Shown in pieces: positions 45,424 through 58,405 of a stretch of 64,000 nt of DNA (positions are counted from its first letter, which is position 1; each line of letters begins with the position of its first letter). The translations under genes and the position numbers were made by a program. Source of the DNA: Paecilomyces variotii (Eukaryota); NCBI GenBank assembly GCA_004022145.1, contig RCNU01000002.1; one strand, 5' to 3'. The notes beneath the pieces are model-generated. The model was not told where the DNA came from. It worked only from the letters and a program-made list of their open reading frames with translations, and did not search any database.

Positions 45424-48400
45424 TTAAGGACTAGGCGTGCCCTCTTCATAGCGAGGTCCTCCGTCGTCGGCTGCTGCACCGGGAGTAGCTGCCACAGCGG
45501 GTGTCGGTGCGTCGTAAGGACGGCCGCCGAAAGCTGCCGGTGTGGGAGCATCATAGGGTCTATATCCGCCTGGTGTAGGTGCGTTGAGTGCTCCTGGAGT
45601 CGGCGCACTGTCACCCCAGCCGCCAGGGGTGGGTGCTGAAGCACCGGGAGTAGGGGCGCTGGCATACGCACCCGGTGTAGGCGCTGAGTAGTTCGCACTA
45701 GGCGTTGGCGCATCATAGCTGCGATCCTTGCTGCCATTGCCAGACGCTGATGCGCCACCCCATGCTGGAGTCCTGCCGCCAGAGTTGGCAGCGCCCCAAG
45801 CAGGCGTCCTTGATCCAGCCGCGAACGCATCGAAACCACTTGATTCGGAGCCTCCCGCATAGGGGGTACGAGCTCCAGAATTCCAGGCAGGAGTGCGAGA
45901 GCTCAATCCTCCATAAGCGGTGCGGTTTCCATCGTAAGGGTTGGAAGTGCGCGATCCGTCGTTCTTCCACGCAGGAGTACGAGCACCACTGACACCTCCC
46001 CAAGCAGGAGCTTTTTAACAGAGTCAGAATACGGACTTGCAATAGTAAAAAAAAAAAAAAAGAGAGAACTTACTTCTCGCGGAAGATGCCATACCCCAGG
46101 CAGGGGTCCGGGACGAATCGGCAGAAGCCATGGGAGTACGGCCACCATGCCAGCCGTCACGGCCTGGTGGCGCTGCAGAGGTACCAAACGGTGTACGCTG
46201 CCCTCTGCCACGGCCCATCTCGATCGATTGGCCTGTAACAGGACTAAAGCAGAGTCAGCATGGATCGAATGAACGTCAGGGAAGAACTCAGGATCACCCA
46301 CTCTTTGATAGACAACACCTCTTTTGGTATGCTGACCATCTTGTTCTTCGAGTGCAGTTCCACTCGTGCGGTGTCATCGGTTGCGTCTTTCACGATGCCC
46401 ATAAGACCCTTATAGGGACCTTTCCGCACCATCACCGTCTTACCAATAATTCGATCACGACCAAAGGATCGCGGCGGTGGCATCGAACCACCAGGGGCCC
46501 CGTTTCTCATCAGTGCTGGGTTCATCTTTGATAGGTCTGGACCAGTAGCTCTGCCTCCCTTCGCCGACACGGTGACGACGTTTGAAGTGCGCACCACGAG
46601 AACACCAGAGTTTTCAACTTGGGCCTTGTTGTGCAGGAAAAGGAATGATCGGTAGATATGGATAATAACACCATTCCTCTGCTCTCCATAGACTTCTCGG
46701 ACAGTGTCGCCATGTCGAATCTCAGCGCCGTTGCGGTCAGTGGCCACAGCGTCTCGCCGTGGAGTGATCTTGTTAGTTACGCGGGAAGGTAGTACATTCC
46801 GTAGAGAGCCATCCTGATCTAGGACACGAAGGGACTCGCGGTCAACCTTGACAACGCAAGCAACAGTAGCGGCACTGGAATAGTTAGCATCCATAGGTAA
46901 CTAGTGGGGAAGTGGTTTGGACTTACTCAAGCTGCACAAGATCGTGGACATCAAACATGCCCAGCTTACCATCAACACCAGTGTCCGCGGAGAGTCTCAG
47001 GTCCTTGCTGAAAACAGTGATTTCCTGCATGGACATGTCGCTGAGCAGCGTCACGGTGTCATCCTTGACCTGGACCACCATACCCAGCTCGTCTTGATAT
47101 CTGCTGCCGCCAATAACCTTGACGTGGTCACCTTCTCTGAAGCGCTTCCGCAGAGTCTTGACGGGTGCATCAATGGTCTGGGTCTCGAGGTCACCTTCTG
47201 TGACTTGCAGAGACACAATGTCTCCACGAGTAGAGACAACGCGGCCCACTACTCCCTGCTGCTCACCCTGGTATACTTCCACAGTATCGCCAGGGAGATA
47301 AGCATCCTCTGCGGTGGTTTGCTTGAGTGTCTCCGCCAAGGAGGCCAGGTCAAGGTTTGAGGTACCATCCTCAGAGCCTCGAGCAAACATGGTAACTTCA
47401 TCCAGTCTTGGCTTGACATCCTTCGTGATCAGATGGTGCACCTTCATATCCTTGATGAGGAAACCATCAACATAGGTCTCACCCAGATAGTTCCACGACT
47501 TGCCTCCCAAACCCGAGGTAGCAGTGAGGTACTTGCTGTGCTTCTTCTTGGCCTCTGCCTCGCTAAACAGCCGCTGGGGAGGTCGCGAAGCCGTTGGGTT
47601 GGCGGCGCCAAATCGCTTTCTCTTCGGGTCCGTTAGAGGTGCGCCAGAGTCCTCATTCAAGCCGTACTCCAGACGCGGCACCAGTCTAACAGTCACATCC
47701 AGACCATTGGTCTCGACCTCTTCAACTTGCGCCAGATCTCCCTGGTACTTGCCACGCTTGATGCGAACCCACGCTCCGGGGAGGAGCTCTTCCGATTTCT
47801 GTACCCTCAGCAAGTCGGGCATCTCCTTGACAGGCACCAGTATCATCTTGGTTCTAGGATAGACATTAGACATTTCATCCAAGGCCTCCATGACATCCGC
47901 CTGTCTGCGTGCCTCGACGTAGACGTATCCGGCCATAGCACCTCCACGTTCGAACGCGGAGATAATTCTGCAAGGCTTGCGCGAGCCAGGGGGTCGTTCC
48001 TCAATTCGCTTCTGAATAGAGAAGACAACCTCTCTTTCCTTTCCAGCTTTGCAGCGGACACCCCAGATACTGGGATCATCGACACTGGGGAGGAGCAGCC
48101 TCTTCGGGATCACGACAGAGTCAGTGGCAGCCATACGGTTGCGCCCATATCGTTCCTTCAGTGCCTGAGCTTGCTTCTCCGCATCCATGCTGGCCTCGAG
48201 CTCACGCTGACGATCGAGCTGTCTATGGCGGCGGTCGTCCGTCTCCGCACCCACTGGCAGCGCATCGAGATCGTCGGGATGCATCTCGGCGCCAAACCCA
48301 TCTGCCATCTCATCCTCTTCTTCTTCAGCTTCGTCTTCATCCTCGTCGACACCGGCCTCTTCATCAATGAAAGCATGCAGACCACCCATTCTCCTTCTGC

Positions 48401-48821
48401 GTTTGCGCGGACGACCCTGCCAGGAAAAGAGCACACGTTAGATTACCGCCGCAGGCTTCATCCATATAAAGTAGGACGCAAAGAAAAAAAGAACCGCCGA
48501 TAACCAACTCACCGAAACAGCCTCTTCGTCATCCTCATCCTCATCCTCATCTTCCTCATCTTCTTCCTCTTCCTCTTCCTCCTCATCGATCGCATCAGCC
48601 TCATCCTCCGCGGCCTCAGCTTCCCTTTCATCATCGTCGTCACCATTCAAACCCTCATCGCGATTCCCCCTGGATGGCTTCTCATCTTCATCCTCGTCCC
48701 TGTCTCGCTGTCTGCGAGAGGTATCTTCTTCGTTTTCCGACTCGTCTGCAGGTACTGGGTTGAAGTCATCATCTTCCTCCTCCGATCCGCCAAAGTCCTG
48801 GTTCAGGAAGTTATTCGACAT
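45424..48821 (-). CDS. SPT5: Transcription elongation factor Spt5 (acidic N-terminus, NGN, KOW domains, C-terminal repeats), 5 exons
   Basis: [63 protein letters not shown] repeats followed by APTPG repeats. Confidence 0.97.
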
Positions 48822-49877
48822 TTTGGCTGCGCGTGTCGATTCAGGTATGCACCGTTACAGAAGAAGCGAGGTGAAGTTTCTGGTACGGAGGTCCGCAAGG
48901 ACGGAAGAATATGAGTATCAAAAGTGGTGGTGCGAGTAAAAGGTCCCAGTCCGATACCGCCGGGGAAACGCGCAAGGACAATCGACGGGAAAGCACGCGG
49001 GCGAATTAAGAAGTGTGCGTAGATAATGCGACGGTAAGAGCAAATTATCGACTTCAAATGAAATATTCAGTCGAGTTCCATCGAAAAAGGGCCTGAACTG
49101 GCCACCTTGAGTTTCTTCCCAGCGAGGAGCAAGTTGGCGTCGCCGTAGGTTTCAATGCGCCGCCACAAGGAAACAAAGGTAGCTTCTTTCTCTCCCCACG
49201 CAGTGGAGCGAAGATTTGAAGAGAACTCTCAAACCTTCGCACGGCCTCCGGTATAGGAATAGTTTCGATGAGGTTGTGTCAAGCGAGAGGAAAGGGAGGG
49301 AAGTCGGAGTCGAGGCTTGTTGCTCAGCTTGGCTGGAGGGCGTTTTAAGTTGTCCGCCGAGATGCTTCCCGATAACTGCGTGCTTGGTCCGTCTGCGTGG
49401 GCGGAGTTGGATAAGTTGAGTGCCCAAATTCTATATACTTGCTTCATTTGACAATAGCTTCACAAGCTGAGCTATGTCATACTCTGTGTGGTTGCAGAGA
49501 TAAACGGACATGCAGCTCCAGAGAATATCGTCCAGAAGTTGGTTTTACTCGCGATAGTGCTCTGTATCACAGGCAGCACCGATATTTATCGATTTCCAGA
49601 TCTCGACCTTACACCGGGGAATGGTTTCTTGTTTGGCAGTAAGAGGGTGCGGTTTAAATATCGTATCCATGAGTGTTTTATAAGCAAAGAACTCGCTGCT
49701 ATATAGTACATGACATTGCAGCATATGTCAAAAAGAAATCCTGCAGGACGTCCGCACGCCTCTACATCCAAGATCTGCTAACTACCTCAGACGGTCCGCG
49801 ATATCGATGTCATCAAAGGCCACATAATTTAAGAATGAAAGATGAATGGAACGAAAAAGGGCCTACAGGGAGGCGAA

Positions 49878-51775
49878 TCACAGCTTCATGCCAAACATTT
49901 TGTGCACACGCAGACTCTGGCGCATGCTCAGATCCAACATGATCTCCTCGCTACCGCCGGGGATAGCGTAGGCACGAACGTCACGGTAGAGACGCTCGAC
50001 CTTACCGCCCTGGCCGCCGCGAGTGTAGGACAGACCACCGAAGATCTGACTGGCCTCACGAGCACAGAACTCGAAGGTAGTCGTCGACTGGGCCTTCAGA
50101 CCGGCGATGGCACCACCAAGCTTAAGCATGGCCTCAGTCTCATCCATGACCTGGCACTGGTAGATGAGGTTCTCCATCCAGTTGTAGGAAGCCTCGATCT
50201 GACGAGCCATGTGGGCCAGCTTCATCCGGATCACAGGGTGGTCGATGAGGCGCTTGCCGAAAGTACGGCGCTTGTGGGCGTACTTGACAGACTCCTCGTA
50301 GCAGACACGGGCGAAACGGAGACACTGGATGATGATTCCGACACGCTCGTGGTTGAAGTTCATCATGATCACTGCTCAACTGTCAGCGACTGGAATTCAT
50401 TGATATTGATCGAACGGTATTATTGACTCACCCTTGAAGCCCTGGTTCTCCTTGCCAATCAGGTTCTCCACGGGAACCTTGACATCCTCAAAGGTCACGT
50501 AGGTGGTGCCACTGCTCCAGACACCCTGGCAGTCCATCCGGCGGGTGCTGACACCACCGCTCTCCCTCTCGATGAGAAGCAGACTGACACCGCCCATACC
50601 GGGCCCGCCGGTACGAACAGCGGTGGTGAAGTAGTCTGCCCACACACCGTTGGTGATCCACTTCTTCTCTCCGTTGACAATGTAGTGCTTGCCATCTTCC
50701 GACAACTTGGCCTCGCAAGTCAGGTTGGCGACATCACTGCCCGCATCGGGTTCCGTGATGGCAAGACAGATGCGCTTGTCACCGGCCAGGATGCCAGGGA
50801 CGATCCTCTCGACCAGCTCCTTCTTACCGTACTTGACCAGAGGGGGGCAACCGATCCCGAAACCACCAAGGAGGTTCCAGACGAGACCACCGCTGCCCAC
50901 GCGAGCGATCTCATCCGTGATAATCATCTCATGGAAGAAATCCCATTTCTCGGGAGCCACCGATGGAACTCTCTTATTAGTGAGATGTTGCGGGTAGCCA
51001 AGGCCCAAGAGACCAGCCAGGTAGCCCCTCTCACCCATTTGCTTGTAGATGGTCTCCGGCACCCTCTTGGCCTCCTCCCATTCCGTGACGTAGGGCTCGA
51101 TCTCCGCGTCGACCCATTCCCGGACCTCTGCACGCAGAGCAGCGTGCGTCTCGTTGAAGTAGGGAGAGCGATACTATTATTCAGCTCTCAGCAAAGTGAT
51201 CTTCACATGCACGAACGCAGTAATGAATTTGTCACTTACACCCTGGTACCACGAAGGGTCCGCGAAAGGAATCAGATCGCCATAGACCTCCAGCGCTTCG
51301 ACTGGCTTCGCTGGCGAAGCAGAAGCGGGAGCGGGAGCAGCCTTGGGCGGCTGCTGGGCCTCCTTCTTCGCGGGTGCAGCAGCAGCAGCCTTCTTTGTGT
51401 CGAGAGAGCCGATCTGGAGCTTGCCCTTGTACTTCTTCAGGATCCCCTCATTGTGATACTTCCAGAACTGTTTCGAGGCGTCCTTGCCTGCGACTCGCTG
51501 GAGAACTGCGCCATTAGATTAGTACGGGACCGATAGCTTGCGTTGCGCGAGAGGTAGTCCATACTCTTCTTTCCACCTATGCAGAAAATGAGCTGTTAGC
51601 GTCTGAAAGAAGATCTCCTATCGCGAAACAATGTTTAATGAACACGCAGAGCTAACGCACCTGGATGTTCGTCCTGGAACTTGCTCAGGTCGTAGACATC
51701 CTCGTCGATGACAACCCAGAGGCTGTCCGACTTGCTATGCGAAGCGACCTCGTCCTTGGAGAATGTCTTCGCCAT
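49878..51775 (-). CDS. Acyl-CoA dehydrogenase with N-terminal cytochrome b5-like domain, 5 exons including a 12-nt microexon
   Basis: MAKTFSKDEVASHSK...WVVIDEDVYDLSKFQDEHP|GGKK|ILQRVAGKDA; CLAITEPDAGSDVA, NGEKKWITNG, QIFGGLSY, AIPGGSEEIM; ends GMKL. Confidence 0.94.
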
Positions 51776-52073
51776 GGCGTGGGTGCGGATGGAAAGGGGT
51801 TATTGGGTGAATGGGGAGAGACAGAAGACCGAGGTATGTGGATATACGGTCAAGGTCAGAGAAATAATACGGGGTTTCCAGGCCAGAGTCTGGGGGAGAT
51901 GCCAGAAGATATATATACTAAAACGACTAGTTCGACTACTCAAAACTCCGCATTCCACTGGTCTAAGTTTGGGCCCCGTTCACATGCGTACTTCAGTCAG
52001 CAGATTCGCTCCTGGACTAATAATAATGACAATAATAATACCCCTACGAGATGAACAACTCGATGCGAATTAT

Positions 52074-52187
52074 CCTCGGGCTCTCTCTGGCCCTCGGAAG
52101 TGCCGTCATGTCGGCGTCTGACTATGCGGCCACGATCATTGGCCAGCAGCATCACGGCTCCACTGCCGAACGAGGAAAGTGCCGAGG
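52074..52187. promoter_or_regulatory. FarA/FarB-type CCTCGG fatty-acid response elements upstream of the acyl-CoA dehydrogenase
   Basis: CCTCGG 52074-52079 and 52092-52097, CCGAGG 52182-52187; TATA-like run at about 51909-51917. Confidence 0.6.
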
Positions 52188-52516
52188 TGCAGATGATACC
52201 ACGTGACATGCCACCCTCGCTTGCCATGTGACACATAAAATAATACCATACATTACTATTACTATTAATATTACATCGGTATGGATGATCTTCCTATGCA
52301 AGAGCTCCCGTCAGTGAGACATCTGTTAGAACACTCCCTACTACAGCAACCATTCCAGGTCCTAGTGGTAAGAAAATTCTGGAGTAAATTGATAGGCGGC
52401 TTTCTACGCTCGCTATCCCAAATACACTCGTGAAATGCGCAGTCGTTTAGTAATACACCAGATCTCGAGCGTCTCTAACTATTCCGCTCCGTCTAGATGA
52501 CACGATCCATCCACCT

Positions 52517-55500
52517 CTATTCCTCGCCTTCGGTCTCGTAGTTGAACTCCTGCGGTAGCGGTGCCTCCTCGCCGCTCTCATCTTCGTCCACCGCCGTCAG
52601 CACGCCCGCCGCGGCGGCAGCTCCCGCAGGGCCTCCCCGCTGCGCTGACTGCAGGGCGGCCGCGCCAATGGCGGCTTGTAGTCGGTCTTGCAGAGTCTCT
52701 GGTGCTGCCGCCTGCTTCACCTCCTTGCTGGCCTGGAGTTCAATCGTCTCTCGGGGCTCAGCCGGTTGCTTGTCTAGTACAACGACGACCCCGCCGGTGG
52801 GCTGTTGCCAGGTTAGCTGCCGTTCGTCGACCCCTGGGACAGACGGGACAATACATACCCTCTTTACAGGCTCATAACGGGGGTCGGGGAACGTGAGGTA
52901 CTTCAACTGAGCCGGAAGTACTCGAGACATGTTCTCCAGTTCGTAACCAACCTTCTCCTTCTCCGCCTTCTTCTTCGAGCTCTCGGCGGCTGCGGCCTCC
53001 TTCTCAGCCTCCTTGCCCTCCTCTTCTGCCTTGGCCTCATCCGTCTCCATCTTCTCAGGCAGCTGTCCAGAGACCTTGGGTGTCGTAGGCGTCTGGTCAA
53101 CATCCATACTCTCCCGGCGCTGCTGCTTCTCACGGCGCTGAGCACGTCGCTTGGCTTGAGCAGTCGTAGACAGCACGGCAGTCTTGACCTTCTCGGGAGC
53201 TTCGTCGGTCTTGATCTGCTGCTCGGGAGGATAGTCAAACAGACTGGGCCGAGTGTTGCTGTGGAACTTGAAGACGGGCACCTCCAACTTCTGGTCCACA
53301 CCAATGACGGCAGTGGGCGTGAAGCTGAGGGACAGGAAGTGCGTCAGCGGGAACCAGTACCAGTACTGGGTGAAGACAGCAGCTCCGACGATAGCGGGCA
53401 TGTTGAGGTTGCCAGTTTGCGTCTGCAGGCTAATGGTGCAGTTTCGACCGCCCGCATCGATGATACCGAGTGCGATAGCACATCCAAACTTAGCCATAGC
53501 ATCTTCGTGTCGGTCTCCGACCATCTTCATCATCGTCTTGCGAATGGTGCCAACCTTGGGGTTCATGGCCTCGTTCTGCTGCACCAAGACCATTGCAAGA
53601 GAGATCAGAGCACCTTGTCGGACAAAGTCCGTAGGATCCTTCAACATTGGCTCAAGTAGATCAACCGCCTCATCCAGACCGGTTCCGGCGCAAGAAATAC
53701 CCAGGGCCATGGCCGCTCCATACCGCACATGGGGGTTGTAAGATTCCGACAGCAGTTCGACCATACGGGGCACGCTCTGATGCTTTCTGAAAAGGATGAA
53801 TCCTAAGCTCATCACAGCCGCTCGTCGCACATCGTCGTTGACATCACTAACTGCCACATGCAGCAGCTTGCGAACAGCCTTGTTGCTGCCGCTACCACAG
53901 TATGCTAGGGCAATAGCCATGATACCACCGTATCGGAGAGTAGGGTCGGGGTCGCCAAGAAGCCCATTGATCAACTCATCCGCTGCCTCCTGACGACCAT
54001 ACATGATCAGAGCCATACCCAGAGCCAAGCCCCGCACGATCTTGTCGTGCTGAGTGTCATGGGCATATTGGATCATGTCCTCCAAAGCCTTCATGTTGCC
54101 AGTGCCCAGCATAACCAGACCCATTGCCAGACCCACTGCTTCACCATTCAGAGCCGAATCTGTGTAAAGGACGTTCTTCAGGTCCTCGTAGATTCCCTCA
54201 TCTCCAGAAGCCATTCCGGCAACACCCAGACCCAGGGCACCACCATGCTGCACGACTTCCTCCGTAGCCTTCTTAAAGTGGTCGCGAATCATGTCCACAG
54301 CCATTCCCCCATGATTAGCGTATATCAGACCAAAAGCGTAAAGCGAACCACCCTGACTGTAAACAGAACCAGTGCTTCCAACACCAGCGATATGTTCCTT
54401 TGGCAGGTAGGGAGCAAGAAGCTTCTGTCCTTGAGTCAGGTTTCCACGGTGGATCACACCAAGTGCGGCAGTCGCCGTGAATTTAGACCAGTTGACGGCC
54501 TTTCCAAGCCATTCCAGATTGTCACGGAAGAACTTGTCGTGTGTTGTTCCGGCGTGCATAAAGGCATTAGAGAGTGTTACAGCCGTGTGGAAAATGGAAT
54601 TGCGCGCCTCAAGACTGTCCCGAATCTTATTCAGAATCGAGATGTCGGCCTTGTTACTCCGGTAGAGGAACTCGAGATTCAACTGGATTGTCTTCAGACC
54701 ATCAAGAATGTCGCGAATAGCTTGGAAGGCCTTTCGGGCGTCGTCTGAAAGCTTGACCTGACCAGCACCGCCACCGAGCGACGCGGCTCCCTGGAGCAAC
54801 GAGTCGGACTCCTTGGCATTTTCTCCGTTTTCCTGCTCGTTCCCTGACTCGTTCGCTTCAGGCACGAGAGCAGCAATCTCCTGGCGTACCTTCTTGAGGA
54901 ACTCCTGTGTGCTGTTGTCATAGAGGTCAAAGGAGATCTGGTAGGCGACGGCAAGGGATCTTGGGTCGCCCTTTTCGACGAGCTGGCGCAGAATGGCTGA
55001 TGCCATCGAGTGCTCGTTCAGATAGACTACACACTTGGCAATAGAGAAGTAGTCAGGCGATGGGATCTCATTCAGAAGTTCAAGAATGAGCTTCAGAATG
55101 TCATTGCGGAAAGCACGTTCCTGAACGATGCTCATGCAGATATCCAAAGCGTATTCAATAAGCTCCTCACCGCGCCTTGAGGACTCGCCGTGGAGCTCCT
55201 GATCATCCTCACTGGCTTGCTCAAGCGCTCGACGTAGCACGTCTAAGTTCTTGGCTTCAATCGCGACTCCGACCACTTGGCGATAACGCTTCTGCTCAAA
55301 GCAGCGCTCAAATAGACTCTGTATGACATTCTTCAGTTGACCCTGAACGCCTCTCTTTAACACAAGAGGGGTTTCGGTCTGTTGTACACTAGCATCGTCC
55401 CCACCAGGATAGCCAGCATCGACACCAGGCACTTCCTGTCGAGAGAGCAGAGACTTCGAAGGTAGAGCAGACTGAGAGAAAGGTGTGATCGGAGAAGTGA

Positions 55501-56123
55501 GACTAGCGGAAGTGCTCGTGGCGCCGTTGCCGGAGCTTGGAAATGAGGTGTTGAGATTTGCAGGCTGGTCGCCTGTGGCAGCCTTGCGAGAGGCTGAGAG
55601 AGCAATAAAAGTGTCGACACATTTCGCTGGGAAGGAATCTCGATGTTAGCATGACAAACGACGTGGAATGAACATAGTAAACAGTAGGACCCGGGGCACC
55701 GTACCAATTATGGTCTCTTCATACTCGCCACCATTATCCAAGTTGAACAGCTTCCCTGCTCCTAGAGCAAACACCATACTCTCGTTGTACTCCTGGAGGT
55801 GATAGTACACCTTCGAAGCCACCAAGGCGGCGAGCTCTCTCTCCGGAAACGTCTCATCTTCGTAGAGGGCCTCTCTAAGGGGCAGCGTTAGCAACGATCG
55901 TCCAAACCGAGCAGCAATATAAAGCTCTAGATGGAGTATCTAAGAGCAAAATATAGCGATGCGCAGCTAAAAATATGCCTTACATTTGCGGAATAGCATC
56001 GACGATCTCTGTCCAGAGTGTGTCCACCTCGGCATCCAGAGTCTTCAAAGCAAAGACCTGCAGCTCTGGATCCGGCTCCGAGAGGAAACCGACCAGGCCT
56101 GCTGCTGACGATAGCCCAACCAT
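52517..56123 (-). CDS. RPN2: 26S proteasome regulatory subunit Rpn2, 4 exons
   Basis: [18 protein letters not shown]..., [43 protein letters not shown] repeats, [42 protein letters not shown]. Confidence 0.97.
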
Positions 56124-57329
56124 TTCCAACAACCCTTCGTTGCGATGAGTATTATACTATCTTGCTTCTAGGCAAGGGCTTTGACGAAGCGGCGATGGGG
56201 CGACTGCCGACGGCGGTAGCGTAGGTATAATCGAGGTATGCCCCCAGCAGCGATGCGACGTGGGGGAAGAAAGAGAGGAAAACTAAAGGGAAATGCGTGT
56301 GAATGGGAAAGCGAAGAGAAGTGGTCCGAGAGTTGCAGATGGACCTTGCTCGAGTTATCCAGCTTCAGGCGCAAGCAGCACACGTCAACGGCGAAGCTGA
56401 CGGATGGCTTCCTTGGTTCCTGCAGAAACCCCTACTGGTATCACGTGACATGATGGAAGCTGCCTGTCGAGAAGTATCGAAGCTCGAATATATCCAACGT
56501 TCGCGTAAAACATGCCGGATCCATTAATAATTGAATCTAAATATTTGCTAAGAATCCTTTCAGCTGTCACACGAAACTATAAAGGCGCGAAGTGCAAATG
56601 CTGAAGCTGGACAGCTCGAGCGATAGCTCTATAAATCACATGACCCTAGATAGCATAGGCCAGCGTGGAACTGGAGAGCACGTGACCTTATAGAATCGGA
56701 CTTCATGTAGTACGCGCTGTGGGTCTGCCAATCGAGAGACCCAAGTCCATCAACCTGCAGGGTCTGCTACAGAAATAAAATAGCCGCCTCCTTTTTCAGT
56801 AACGACGACCAAAAAAATCGTGTGATATTTGCTGTTCCCCGTATGTAGATCTATAAGCACAGTTATTTCGTTCCTAAGCGCTGTTGATTGCCATGACGTA
56901 GGTAATCGACACCGGCCATAGTTGGGAAGACTTAACGGTGGCCAGTGCTCATGTAGAATATATTTCCTATCAGAATAGACATTAGAGTTATTTAGAGCTT
57001 GGATCCGTATTCATGTTCCCTTATAACGTATTATCCAGGATTTCCAATTAGGAATAGACTAGGAATTGGTGTTGTGGTATATTGGGCCGTAGTTATAGTT
57101 CGCTCCGTAGGTCATATTAAACCTGCGAGATTCGAGTTGACCTGTAACGTGCTTTATCCTGGAACGTGCCAGTAGTTGAGTTCATAACGCAAGTATTATA
57201 CGCACAATCTCCATCTGGTTGTTATCGGGGTTTTTACCTAAGTTAGCCATGGAACCCTAATACTATACAATAAACCTAAAGTTGTATCGTTTCGTTCTAA
57301 CACTGACATCATTGACAATAGAAATAAAT

Positions 57330-57665
57330 ATGAGGACTTGCCCCGTTTGTACTTCTCCATTTTCATCACCCGTGCTTCGACTCATTGCAGACATGCATGA
57401 AGATTGGTACTCCGGCCCTTCGCCAACATGGCAATTTCCCAATGGAACTTTATTCAAGAAGTGTGAAGGAGAAGTTATAACAGTTGGAGAAAAGCAGTTC
57501 CTAATTACAAGGGATATGCATGAATCTTTCTGGCAGGGTGTTGAGCAATGGAAAGTGGTCTTTGAGGGAATCGATCTTCAGACATCTGAACCAGTTGTTA
57601 TAAAGATTAGATATGTGTAAGTTTCTGTTTTCCAAAATACGTCTTTTTCTTTTTCTTTTCTTTTC

Positions 57666-57698
<33 letters not shown>

Positions 57699-58405
57699 GA
57701 TTAACAGAAATAACGCAATCATGGTAATAAAATTGACGGTGTAAACAGACTAGACCAACATGCTATTCCTCCAGGGGATCGCGGGCTGAGACGCCGCATC
57801 ATGGAAAATTACTCGGCCGAAGTCGATTCCTTGCAATCATGTTACGGATGCAGATACTTCCCGAAATATATCGCCCATGAAGAAAAGCGACAATGCAAAG
57901 AAGAGCCTAATCCTGGCGCGCCGGTGTATATTGTTGTGATGAGTAAGATTGATGCTCTTCCACTTATTGCTCCGGGAAGAATAAGACCGACGGATATCTT
58001 CCCTGGACCACTAACTGCGGAGGACAAACAAATCATACGGATACAGTGTCTAGACGCAATTGTGTACGTGCCTAAGAAGTCCACGTTCCCGCTTAATCGC
58101 TGACAGGACTATTTTCATAGAGCTCTTCGTCAACGTGGCATACCTAGTTTCCTCACATTGTACAACGCATATTATAATATTCGAACAAAAATGCTGTGCG
58201 TAAGGCCCTGATGTTTCGCTTTCCCTAGCGTGTATGGCATTTATTACAAGAGCAGAACTGTTAAGGTATTCTAACACTACTATTCGGTTCTAGTTACTTT
58301 CTTGGACACAGTAGAATGAGCAGGGAAATAACGGAGTTTTCTACACCAGGTCCTGTGACAGAGTCCTCCAGGGAGTTTTTATATCTGATAGACAACCTTG
58401 AATAA
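57330..58405 (+). CDS. Kinase-like-fold protein lacking catalytic motifs (putative pseudokinase), 4 exons, 262 aa
   Basis: Exons 57330-57616, 57749-58063, 58121-58195 and 58294-58405 join in frame through GT-AG introns; VVIKIRY, AEVDSLQSCYGCRYFPKYIAHEEKRQ...PGAPVYIVVMSKI, ALRQRGIPSFLTLYNAYYN, LYFLGHS. Confidence 0.62.
57642..57698. repeat. (CTTTT)n / poly-T microsatellite in intron 1 of the kinase-like gene
   Basis: ctttttctttttcttttcttttcttttc...tttttttt read directly. Confidence 0.9.
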
